Below are positions 51,401 to 62,800 of a stretch of 64,000 nucleotides of DNA, one piece after another (the stretch's first letter is position 1; the number at the start of each line of letters is the position of its first letter). The notes beneath the pieces were generated by a model. It was not told the DNA's origin. It saw only the letters and a list, made by a program, of their open reading frames with translations, and ran no database searches. The stretch spans positions 192,198 to 256,197 of the forward strand of contig NMRA01000598.1 of the NCBI GenBank assembly GCA_002633005.1, written 5' to 3'. The position numbers and the translations under genes were made by a program. Source of the stretch: Phoronis australis (lineage: Eukaryota; Animalia; Phoronida).

Positions 51401-52989
51401 TAGAACTCAATAAATTTACACAAAACAGAAGTTCCACAAACCATGAGGAATTATTCTTTCTCTAAATACCAATTTATGGTGTCCAGCTCCACTGAGTTCG
51501 CAAGAAATTCGCGGTTAAAGCACAAAAATCTTCCCAAAAAGCTTGTCTGGTGCAACTCCCGTGTCCCACTGCACTGGTCACGTGAAGAGCGCGGAACTAA
51601 TCGATGAGTTACGGATGAACAGCGATTGTTGAGTTATCGATACCGTGACTTTCCGTGGTGAATAAGTTTCATACCTTGTAGTATTATATATAATGGGGAC
51701 GATCAGAAGCTAGGCTTGGGGACGCCTGTGTAACAGGCAAGGTGAGTGCCGTTTGATTCCGATTTTGCATGCACAACGACCGGTCTTTAGCTCTACATAT
51801 TGATACATATTTCACAGCAAGGTGACGAGCAGAGCTACCCTGGCTGCGTGCAATTTCGGGGTCTTTAGAAGAAAAACATACAGTGGTACCTAGGCTCCTA
51901 GCTATATTTTGACGACAGTCATACTACAGCTAGCTGGCTGGTAGGCAATGACCATCGCCTCTGTTGGCCCGAAGCAGAGGCGATGTAGAGGCTATAGGCG
52001 CTCTGTACGCCGGAAGCTTTTCGGCGAATTATGCCTCGCACCGACTAAACCATCAAAGTCACGTTGTTACAAATACCTTTTGCGCATAGAGGAACACCTT
52101 AGGAGGTTGTCGATGTGTTTAATTCTTCCAACTCGAACAAATACTCCCGTTATGAAACTTTTTCTTCGAGCAGTCCCTATTTCAGTTCCCAAAATCGTGA
52201 ACTCAACTTTTTTATACTGCGCACGCTCCAATTCATGACCTCAATCTTTAAATAGGCCAAAGGTGAGCCATTGCGGTCTTGGCAGTCAAATGTTCGTTTC
52301 CAAAATGCCACCACTTATACTTGTCTTTAATTGGCGTTACTTGAAACTGATTGTATTTCAATGAATCATTGTTTGTATTTGATAAAAACAAATGCTGTTG
52401 ATATGACATTTAATAGTCTTTTTGCACATATTTGACATTTTAATGTTTAACAACACGGCAAATGCACGGCTGGTTCCCGGCAGCACGTACGCGAAGGGCG
52501 GGAACTTCAGCTTTCAAAGTTCGCCGGTAGGTCCGCAACTTCTGACCTTCGGCCTGGTTAAAAAAATGAAAAAGTTGAGTTCACGATTTTGGGAACTGAA
52601 ATAGGGACTGCTCGAAGAAAAAGTTTCATAACGGGAGTATTTGTTCGAGTTGGAAGGAATTAAACACATCGACAACCTCCTAAGGTGTTCCTCTATGCGC
52701 AAAAGGTATTTGTAACAACGTGACTTTGATGGTTTAGTCGGTGCGAGGCATAATTCGCCGAAAAGCTTCCGGCGTACAGAGCGCCTATAGCCTCTACATC
52801 GCCTCTGCTTCGGGCCAACAGAGGCGATGGTCATTGCCTAGCTGGCTGGCTACCCTCTAAGCCTAAGGCTCTAAGGCCCGGTCTGAGTCTGAGTTGCCTC
52901 TTCTCGAGGTAGCAGTGGATACTGACCGTATAGCACCCAATACGTAAAATGCCACAGCAGAGTTGAAGATTCTCACACAATTTTGCCAT
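36428..52989 (-). CDS. ARL15: ADP-ribosylation factor-like protein 15; coding exons 52927-52989, 42329-42476, 40916-40975, 37119-37327, 36428-36619 (672 nt, 223 aa)
   Basis: MAKLCENLQLCCGILRIGCYT | LFCKKMCC...VICIGLANTGKSTLL...EPTTG | FSIKALRFENCILNVKELGG | GDNVRQYWKHY...QGVIFVVDSA...LILASCQDKPNARS.EE | V...RQWVLH; all introns GT-AG with matching phases 0,1,1,0; KELGG in place of WDxGGQ is the ARL15 signature. Exon 1 is less certain than the others. Confidence 0.93.
39043..40891 (+). mobile_element. HINE element copy 2 (more diverged), in ARL15 intron 3
   Basis: Same 5' motif (gttgaaatgcgtccacgaatgcac), core repeats and 3' hairpin atgcacccacat...atgtgggtgcataaaa. Confidence 0.72.
41159..41357. 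mobile_element. MITE with 15-bp TIR and 5-bp TSD
   Basis: catgcgcgcacccag / ctgggtgcgcgcatg; TAAAA at 41154-41158 and 41358-41362. Confidence 0.85.
46928..49020. mobile_element. Non-autonomous DNA transposon with hAT-like 17-bp TIRs and 5-bp TSD
   Basis: cagggctcaacattaac / gttagtgttgagccctg (1 mismatch); GTTTA at 46923-46927 and 49021-49025; removing it restores the HINE repeat gggtttaggaga. Confidence 0.88.
47281..47519 (+). mobile_element. CAGTGGC-type MITE nested in the 46928-49020 element
   Basis: TIRs cagtggcagatctac / gtagatccgcctctg; homologous to 63315-63562 (inverted) and 60938 onward; TSD ambiguous in this copy. Confidence 0.85.
51019..51279. mobile_element. hAT-type MITE with internal gcgtcctgtttaaa repeats
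   Basis: TIRs cagtgttct / agaacactg; CTCTAACC at 51011-51018 and 51281-51288 (8-bp TSD with one extra base). Confidence 0.75.
51288..51730. mobile_element. MITE with CAC...GTG termini and 4-bp TSD (Chapaev-like)
   Basis: cacaggcatcc..cttctaatcgtcc / ggacgatcagaag..ggacgcctgtg; TAAC at 51284-51287 and 51731-51734; a second right end lies at about 43500-43580. Confidence 0.7.
51942..52840. mobile_element. Mutator/MULE-type foldback element with ~270-bp TIRs and 9-bp TSD
   Basis: 51942-~52213 is a near-perfect reverse complement of ~52568-52840; GCTGGCTGG at 51933-51941 and 52841-52849. Confidence 0.88.
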
Positions 52990-55900
52990 TAGATCATGCC
53001 AAACACTGTTTCATCGGCTAACATTGCCACAGAGACACAAGGGACACAGGCCACCGCTCACTGGTTTGAAACGGGTACTCGGAAGTAAACAAATCCCTGT
53101 TCCGACAAACATACAATTTCGACGATCTATTTTAAAAATGCACAGGCACCGTGCTCCTAGCGGCTAATTTATGAACTACCAGAGACTTCGCCAGTCAAAG
53201 AGATGCGAGGAACCAAGGTGCGGGGCGTGTAGGGCTGCGAACACAGGGAGAAGTCAACAAAAATAATATCATACAGTAGGATACCACAATAGAGATAAAT
53301 ATCACCAGTCATCACGCGGCGACCGACTTAGCTCACTGAGTCCAATGACGCTCCGTTCGATACACGTACATGTAGCCCGGCATGGTAGGCCTGGCTTTTA
53401 GTCGTCGACAAGCCGCCGGGCCGTGGGTCGGTGTCGGCCGCGGTCTCAGTGCCTATGGTAGTACTCGTAGCTGGTCAGCTGGTCAGCTGGCTGGTGAGAC
53501 ACTGCGTACGCTTGGGATGCCCACAGGCAATATAATTCCATAACTCCTAGAGCTAAGCTACCGAAGTGTCGATGTAGCGTACACTACTGAAAACAGTCAC
53601 ACGCACATTAGATGTCTTTCTTGTTGTTGTTGTTGTTGACCCTGCGGTTTACACGCGTGTAATAATAATACCGTAACATTGGCTCATAAAACTTTATTTA
53701 TGATATGATACGAGTAATAATACGATTTTCAATACGGTGAACGATTTACGATTCACGATACGATACGATGCGATTCGATACGATATGATACAATACGGTT
53801 AAACCTGAAACAATTAATAAAGATAATGCAATATCAAATACAAATTGAATTACCAAATACATGTACATCATACTAAAATACAGAAAATTGCATATCTAAC
53901 AATATTATATCAACTCACAATTTGGTATTTATTTACTTAAACATCATTCAACAAAGAATGGACTCACCGGAGACAGCCCAAGAGTTGTTATCTCTGCGGC
54001 GAAAGATGTTAAAGTTGAGTCTCCGATGAGTTGCCAGCAGTCACTGGTACGGTGCGCGGCTTTAGACGCTCTTCGGCTGGGTTAAAGATCTTTTATAGGC
54101 CTAACTATCCCTAATTCCCGTACCAAGATGAATTTCATGGTTTTGAACTATCTCGCCCACCACAATAGTCAGCAGAATCTTGTAGTTACAACAATTTCTA
54201 TTACGACACTTTCTATGAGTTAAACAAATAATCAAAGAACTGAGAATAGTTGTTTCTAAAGTCAAAGTTTATAGTAAAACATCAAGAAACAAAGTTGTCT
54301 CTTACCAACGCTGGGTATCTGTGATATTTTTGAAGCAAGCAGCAGCCTCTCTCCAAGCAATATGAATTCTAGAGTAGCTAACAGAATATTTATACTGAAC
54401 ACAAGAAAGGTGGGCGAGATAGTTCAAAACCATGGAAACCCACAAACTTCCTCCAAAATGCTACATCTAGTTCCAAAACAATTCTCTGAACAAGGTCGCT
54501 GGTTCCAAAACAATTCTGTGAATCAATCTGCTGGACTTCAGCAATGAACCCAAGTCATTACCAATTATTGTGCAGGACAATCAAGAGTTGAGTAATTCCG
54601 ATGGACAAATAAAAGATTATTGTTGTTGTCGGAAATGCCTCATCCCAAAGCTAACAGATTTTCAAAGACTTACACAACTTGCAAAACAAGGCACAATTGT
54701 TATTATAAACATCCCACAACTGGTAACAGACAAGTGGTGAATCACTTCCCATGAACTCCTAGGAGGTTCCAAATTTTGGTAAACAACCAATATGTTTAAT
54801 TAATTATACACCAGTCACTAAAATTGCATAAGATTGCTTTTAATTAGACTAACTATCTACAGCATCAAAAAATGTCACTAACATCCCGGCCCCGATGAGG
54901 CGAACAGCTCGGGTTACGTTCCCATATAAAAGCTGTTTTCAGAAAGCCATATTAGCTACTAGTAGGGGTTTCCAATGAGGGCAATGGCCAAGTTTTAGTC
55001 TTTGAATAGCTTGTTTTCTTATGCATGACTGCCTTGGACTTGATTTCTGTCTTTGTTTTAAGTGTTTGAATATTCAAATGGAAACTTTGTCTTCATTCCA
55101 GGTTGCAATATACGGATGAATTTCGCATGACCTATCATCGACCTATACATCTTATTCAATTAATACAACTAATTTTGACGAAGTACTGCATTATTGGTAT
55201 GATCTGATAGTGTTGTAATTTTAAATAAAAATGCAATTTTTGCAATCCAGATTTTTGGGCTGCACTTAATTTACTTAAAATCTGAATTATTACACTCCTT
55301 GTTAACAGTTAAAACTATTTTAAACTACTTGCAAAGGCAATGAGTAGAGCTGCTTGGCCACGCTATTGGTTTGTAGAGTAGACCCGATGACTTCTGCTGG
55401 TTAAGTGCTTGCTGAAGAAAATTGACACCCCAAATGTTTTGTGTGTGTGTGATTGAATTATTTTTGCTACATCCATGCAATGGGAGTAAATGCGACGCAT
55501 TGTTATTGTCAATGGAACACTTCCATTGATTTCTTCTGTTGCGTCTTTGCTGGACACAATAGAAGCTGCATGGATATCGCACCTTGGGTGCAAGTTAGCA
55601 GGATACCGAAAAATTCTTGCTATTAAAAAAGTGAAGAATGGATACGTTAATCCACCGATCTCCTGCGACGAGTTGCGACCTAGTTTCCCGTGGGTTAGGC
55701 ACAACACCATCATCCAGACAAAAATGCGCAACTTGATGCAGCTCGAACTAAAATAGATTTTAGCAGATATGGTTTTGTGTTCATTGTAAGTTTTTACATG
55801 TTTAATTTGCATGTGCATGCAGCTATTTAATTTAAACTGGAAATAAATTACTCATTATATGAGTTGACCATTTTCACAGGGGTTTGTACAATGTAGAAAC

Positions 55901-57182
55901 ACATATATTCCCATCATGCATATATGTACCTGTGGCAGAATGGAATACCGTAAAATACAATACAATGCAATACAATTAAACAAACGTATTGAATTTAAGA
56001 CTCTGTAAAACGTGTATGCACCTATTGTCCATCAACTTTCTCAAAAAAAAACATGATGCGGAGCTGAAAATGCGAGAGCAACAGATAACACTGGACCGGG
56101 AAAAGTTTGAAATGAAGAAGAAGGAAAGGGAAGAGAGGCTTGACATTGAGAAGAAAGAAAGGGAGCTGTAGAACACAACATGTTAAATTTCATCACACCC
56201 TGAACTCATTTATTCGGTTCACGATTACTTTCACGTTCACGTAAAAATTTAGCTGTTGCAAAACCCATTTAACTTATCGTAACATAAATCGGCACGTGTA
56301 ATTATATATGTGTGATAATTCTCGTTCTCCTCGTTTTGCGAAACCCCTCTTATGTCATGATGTTGGAATTGTGAAATCTATTTCGTTAATTCGAACAATG
56401 TGTGAGAAAAAGTTACTCACGTTTGTCAATTGTTTAGCATGACGTCGTGGTGAAATTCGATGTCTGGCTGTTGCGAATCTCTAAAATGCCAGTTACTTTT
56501 CGCATAACCAAGGCATTCCAAACTAAATAATCTGTCAATTAAAATTAAAATTATATTCAAATGTTTTATAAATAAAACTATATCGTAAAACGGCATCTTG
56601 GCGAGCTGTGTCGAGCTAAAACAACTAGATCAGTATACGATATGTATATTTATGGTGTCGATCCTCTTGAAAAGAAATTGCTTGAACAAATCAGGAAGAC
56701 TTTGTTTCCATGTATTGAGTGTAAATGCTTGTTTGATTTTACGCTCATCTTTGGCTAAGCACGAACCCTAATTTTTTACTTTTATACATTCATCTTATAG
56801 GCTCACTCTTAATTAGTAATATCGAGAGTTTTTTTGTTTTTTTCAACTTCCACATCTTCGCAATGTTTACCTTCAAAACGCCATAACGTGTTAATACACC
56901 ACTGATCCACAACAAATTGCAATAAAATCTTGGACAGTGATTTACGTGTATGTCCTATTGATTATGCCTATTAACTGGAAAATGTAAAAATCTACCAAAG
57001 TCTGACAACTGGAAATTGGTCACAACTGGGTCATTTCCAAGATGGCCGCCACAACGTTTCAACATCACTGAAAACAAACATAACTTCCTCAATAAGTGTA
57101 ATAAAGGCAATATTTGGATCTAGTCTATGGTTTTGAGGGGTGAGTAACTGAGTGGTTTTGGGCAAAAAAATCGTACATGCTA

Positions 57183-57317
57183 AGTATTCGATATGATATT
57201 CAAGATGGCAGCTAAAAATCATACATGCTCAGTATTCAATATGATATTAAAGATGGCAGCTAAAAATCATACATGTTCAGTATTCGATATGATATTCAAG
57301 ATGGCAGCTAAAAATCA
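57183..57317. repeat. 48-bp tandem repeat (about 3 copies), probably transposon subterminal repeats
   Basis: agtattcgatatgatattcaagatggcagctaaaaatcatacatgctc repeated. Confidence 0.9.
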
Positions 57318-57699
57318 AGAACAAAAAGCGCCATTTGTCCATGAATTCCGGTGGTCAAACAAAATTTTTCAGAATTTAACGTTCACTTTTTTAAAAAACG
57401 TTTATTGAAATTGCGCAAAATTCTGCACATGTGCATATCAATGTTTTACACTATAATAAAAAGATTGATATGCATGTGTTCACGGTAAAAAATTATCAAG
57501 ATACACTGTGTTTTCATTCCAGGACAGGGGAGATAATTTTAAAACTCAAATCGTCAATGCCACCGTCCTACAAAGTGTTATAATAATTTTTTTTCATTCC
57601 AGGACAGGGGAGATAATAACGGATGGTGAGGCTGGGCAAAAAATTAACTCATAAGTAATATTTTGTCGGTTGGGTACTCCATTTTGCAACGAAAAGTTT

Positions 57700-60600
57700 G
57701 ACATTTTCATATGCTGAGAAAGAGTTAATTGGGGTTAATCACAACATGCTTTACATAACGTTTGACAGCAGTCTGGTGTGCCCTGACAAAGAATGTGTAT
57801 CAAGGTTGTATAAGCTGTATTATGCTCAATAACGTCTTCTGTCTCTCAGTATGAAGAAGACTGAGCATCAGGTTGTAGGAAAATAACGACTCATGGAAGT
57901 CATTAAAACATTTGGCATCCACATCTGGAATTTTTCCTCACCAGATCAGCCATTTCGTGTACGTACATGTAGAGGTATATGTAACCAGCCTTCAGCTTGT
58001 TGTGGTGTCCAGCAGCAGCAAATATTGTCAATGCATCACTGGCAGCTTGCATGTGATTACTCCAAGACCCAGTGCGATCTGCCTTGATGATTGCCATAGC
58101 GGTATGGAGCATGTTTTGATAACCCACCCACAGCTGCCTCGTATTGGACTGTGTAAAAAATTCAGATTTCTTCTTCTCAAGATTGTCGATGATTTTCACA
58201 AATGCGGCTGATTCTTCAACATATTCAAGAGATCTGTAACACGTCAACAAGGACGAATACATTTACTCAATTTTGTCTACTTGGATTGCCAGCTCAGGAT
58301 ATTCATCTACGACAGAAGTCACAGCAACTTGATGGAGGCACTTGTCCACCAACAGAAGGCTACAGAACGCCCTGTGAACATATTTTCCAGACATCATAAG
58401 CAGTACATCGTTTTCAACTAACACCTGTTCCAGGATGTTTTGGAGTCCTATTCCCGGCTGCATGAAACAGTCCCAAATAAGGACTCAACTAATTTCTCTA
58501 AATCTACTGCGTATTTGTGGACTTGGGAAAATACCGATTGTCTTTTCTTATACTGTTTTAGTTTCACTGCTAAGTCAACTTTTGGTGTTTACACATATCG
58601 AGTGTGAACTCGAAGTAGAATTCTCTATATTATCTAAACTGTATAGGGATCTTTTCATGCAACGCTACTAACTTTGGGACCAAGTCCCAATTTATTTTCA
58701 ATGAATTGAGGGCTCAGTTTTTACTCATAATATTAGAAAATATCAGCAAAAGGAGATTTCATTATAAAGATGAATTGAACGAAAAAAGGTTACATATGTG
58801 TGTAAACATGGACACAAATGTGCAAAATGATTAAGGGAACTTAGTTAGGTCCCTATTTGGGACTGTTTCATGCAACCCGGCACTGTACCCGCCATTAACA
58901 TGCCTTTTGCTCCAAGCAGATTCATGAACGTGTGAAGAGTTCCCAGCGTGAGAACGATGCCTTTCAAGCGGTTATTCTCTTGTGTAACATTAACAATCTT
59001 TGTTCCAGAACAGCGGTTGGTCGAATGTAATCACAAGAGGGACATGGTGTCTGGTGGCCATATTTGACAAAACGTCCAATGTGGACAGAATGTAAGACTC
59101 CTCGCCTGGGTACATGTAAATCATTGGCAAACACTGAGGATGGAAGATGCACCAGGACGTTCCTGTACTTGGACAAAGGAGAGTGTCATCCCCTGCCACC
59201 CAGGAACTCTTTTCTTGAAATGGGATGATTACTACCAGAATATATCAACTCCGATGTCGCAGACTTGAAGATCTGGAAGGTCCCGAAAATTGATGGTCTG
59301 AAGCACATGGAAAGCGAAACAATATTGATGTCAATTTTTGACTTCTGTAGAATGTCCAGTTCTCAAGTCATTTGTCTTCACACGAGAATTCGTGTTTTCC
59401 TACTCGGAGTCAAAGCTGTTATCATGCCCATACCTTGAAAGGTACTTTTGAAATCAATGGTGATCACATTGTGATCTACATTGTCACAAACAGTACTTAT
59501 AGCCCCAATGCATAAATTTTTGATGTAACACAGGTTGCTGCAATCTTTTGAAATCGCAGTGTTTCACCATACAACGAGCCGTACCCCATATTACACACGG
59601 TTTTGACAAAAATTGAATGGTACATGTTAACTGCCTGCACGGCGAAACCAATCTGGATTGGTGCATGACAGTCCGAGGTCTGACCGGTTGCACTGTGCAT
59701 TGTAGCTTGTCCAATACTTAGCGTTCTTGGGTAACAATCAATAACAGATGGCACATTTGTTTATATATCACTTTTGACCAGCCTTGATGCAATCTCGATT
59801 AAGACTTTCTTTTATACTTCTTCATCAACTTCTCGAAGTGCATCTTTTTGTAAGCCCGAAGTGTGTGTGATGTTTTCTTTCTGTATATAACAAAGACAGA
59901 GTCTTTATAACGTTCCTGAATTTTGTTTTTCGGACAGTAGTTGATGTATGTTGGAAACTTGTCGTCTGTAAGAAACACATCCAATTTGCCCTGCAGGTAC
60001 CAAACAATTATCTGTTTTTCATTATTGGTCTCAAAAGAAAAACATTGCAAAGAATTATTGCTCTTGGTGACCGTCTCTTGGACGTCTCTACTTCATGCCT
60101 GTTGGATCTGAACCAATCTGGAACTGCCCAATGCGGAAACGTAAACTACACTGATGATGATTTATGCAGCCAACCGCATGAAAATCTCCACCGTGGTACT
60201 TAACCCGACCCTTCACTGTCAACGACAAATCGTCAGTTCGAGTTATGCAGGCCTCCAGTATGGTTTTCGATAATTCATCGGTGTTCACATAACTGAAGCC
60301 AATCCTCCCATGATACACCGTGGTCCCACAGAAGACGCAGTCAGTTTTGTTCCTGAAAAGCCTTGTAAAAAAACATGTAAATTCGCTTCTGGGGCTGTTG
60401 GAACTGAATTTATTTCCGCTGTTGATTCAGGACGTTGCATTGATTTACAGGCATGTTTACAATAGTCGGCACGTACCTTGCATCTGGCTGTCGCATAAAT
60501 GTTGTTGCCTCTCAACACTGGTTTCACTGGTGCCATCAGTGCACTTCAGACGAATTTCTTCAACACCGCTTCCATGTTTAAACCTGTCTTTCTAAACTAG
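57700..60600 (-). mobile_element. Heavily degraded large DNA-transposase relic, probably Academ (AcademX-like)
   Basis: Fragments PLVITFDQPLFW, GLQNILEQV..ENDV..MMSGK.VHRA, RQLWVGYQNM...IKADRTGSWSNHMQA......FAAAGHHN, SIGQATM..., GDFHAVGCINHHQC match an invertebrate transposase family recalled as Academ; many stops and frameshifts. Confidence 0.6.
58452..58882. mobile_element. PIF/Harbinger-like MITE inserted in the transposase relic
   Basis: TIRs ccggctgcatgaaacagtcccaaata / tatttgggactgtttcatgcaacccgg. Confidence 0.8.
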
Positions 60601-60937
60601 AGACCTATTTTCATAAATGTCACAAGCACTCATTCTTCAAATTACGTCTGGGAATGGGTGTAACAGTGTTTCTTGATTTTCTGTTGAAATTTACAAACCC
60701 AGTCCTGTCTTGTTGTCTGCCGCTTTCATGCAGTGAAATGACAAAGCGAGACGGTGAATCTTGTTTTGGAATGCTTTCTGTGGGGCACTTCAGGCTGATG
60801 TTGGCATTTTGCCCTACTTTCCTTGTTTGGACTTTTTATATAAAAAACAAGAAGCAAGCAAATATAAACTAGGCCATTTTGTTATTTCATGTCAAGGCAA
60901 TGATTGGATTAAACATTTGACATTTAAATATGAATGC

Positions 60938-61090
60938 CAGTGGCGGATCTACGTTTTCAGTAAGGGGGTAGGGTTCCCGCAAAGGTCGAATCCGAGGCGC
61001 GTGGCACCGAGCGGGGGGGGGTAAACNGGGGGGGGTCGGGACGGGGCTGAACTGCCCTCCCGTGTAAGAAAACTTTTTTTGTTTTTGTAG
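60938..61090 (+). mobile_element. Truncated CAGTGGC-type MITE copy
   Basis: cagtggcggatctacgttttcagtaaggggg...gaatccgaggcgc...ctcccgtgtaaga matches 47281-47395. Confidence 0.75.
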
Positions 61091-62800
61091 CCAAACAGTG
61101 AAATTTCCATGCATCGTGGTACGTTTCTGGCACTTAACATGTCCCTGGAGTTTTTCTTAAGATAATTAAATCCCTTCTCGATTTCGTCACATGAACTTGG
61201 CTCATAAGTTTCGTGAAACCATATTTGTGCACATCTGGGTATGAGCCACACCACCAGCAAAAATTTTTGTTGGAACATCTGCTTACACACACTTTTTAGC
61301 ATACGAAAAAGTGTGGTGTGTATACAGGGGTTTAGACAACTACCAAATATTCAAGAGCATACATGTAAGGAGCACCGACGGGGCGTAAAAACTTGAATAT
61401 CAGATGATCGCAACAGCCTCAAGCTGTTTAAGAACGAAGACCTGTACTGTTAGTCAGGAAATAAACATGAGAAAAACTGACGAACGATGGTGCTCTCAGC
61501 TCATAGTCTATTATTAAAAGCGATAATAAATAATTACAGCCGGCTATTGCGTCTTTCGTTATCGAGTTATAAAACACCAAATGCCTCTAGTGTTGTTTCA
61601 ACAACCCAACGGTTTGCGTGTGTAAAACAACCATACATTCAGTCTGCTATCACTTGGAAGCAGAGTAATTCCATTTGCTCTGTTTTATTTTTGGAATAGT
61701 GAATATTTTTTACATTGAAAATGGGGTTTGGTTGTTTTTGCCTAAACATCAATTTCGGTCAGTATGTTTTTCATATACGTGTAGACGGGAGACCTGAATA
61801 TCAAACAGGGTTGAAAGATGGCATGTACTTTGAAAGTTAGTTGATTTTCCTCCACGCGAATCACACTCGCATTGCACATTAAGTATTGACTTGCAAACCC
61901 TCAAATAACAATTATTCCCTCATCCATTGCGAACTCATCTTCGCTTTGAGGTCGGCACTCGCTTTACCCCTCCTTCCACTTTTGGTTGACACATTCTTTA
62001 ACTTCCTCTGCAATTCGCATGTCGACAATAGTTTTATAGCCTCTGGCATCAGTTTCACCGCCCTCTGTTGGTCCCAATATTAGAGGCTGTCGTTTCCCTT
62101 AATATGACTTGAGTCTTGGAGATCCCGGCTGACTCGTGCCACCTCGACTTAGGATATAACATTAGATCAACAGTTGTACACGTAATTGAAAAGCTACCAC
62201 GTTAACTCCATTTAAGTACTTAACATTTGGTTAAGGTGCCGCTGTGACACAGCACAAGAGACCCTATACTTAGGAGATTTCAGTTTACGCTTTTGACGAG
62301 ATTACGCGTTCAAAAATGTTCGAAAATGTGAATATTAATATTAGGCCATTTTGTCTTAACAAAGGAAACACCATACTTTGCGAAATTTCCGATATCAAGA
62401 AACATTAAAGGTAAGATGTGACAGTGTTTAAACTGGCCGTCTATCATAATTTTAACCTTGACGAAGGTTTAAACAGTTCATGAGGGCTTATTTTTTTCTG
62501 TGGCGTTAGCTATACTGCCAAGCCAAATAGCTATTGTTTGCTCGAAATTCACCCGGAAGCCAGAAAAAAATAAAGACTTGTTCAAGCCATCTAAAATGAC
62601 AGAAGCAGATCACCTATCACCACTTTTTGTCCAACTGGTCGGAAATTGGTCTGCAGTAGCTGAACACCTGCCGACCTACACTGAAGCGTCGGCTAGGAGC
62701 CGTGTTCTGTGTCGCCTCACCGGTCGTCAATTGCGTCGGAAACTGGCCTTCTAACCCAGACGAGCAATTCGGCAATGACCATTTTATAACTTAATAATTA

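Noticed and set aside
51948-52834. Two near-identical ORFs on opposite strands as a gene pair
   Set aside because: They are the two arms of the foldback TIR and show no recognisable protein motif.
54300-55820. Possible decayed hAT transposase (AASIVSS...IYSHC)
   Set aside because: Only vague motif resemblance and no defined ends; cannot be supported without a profile search.
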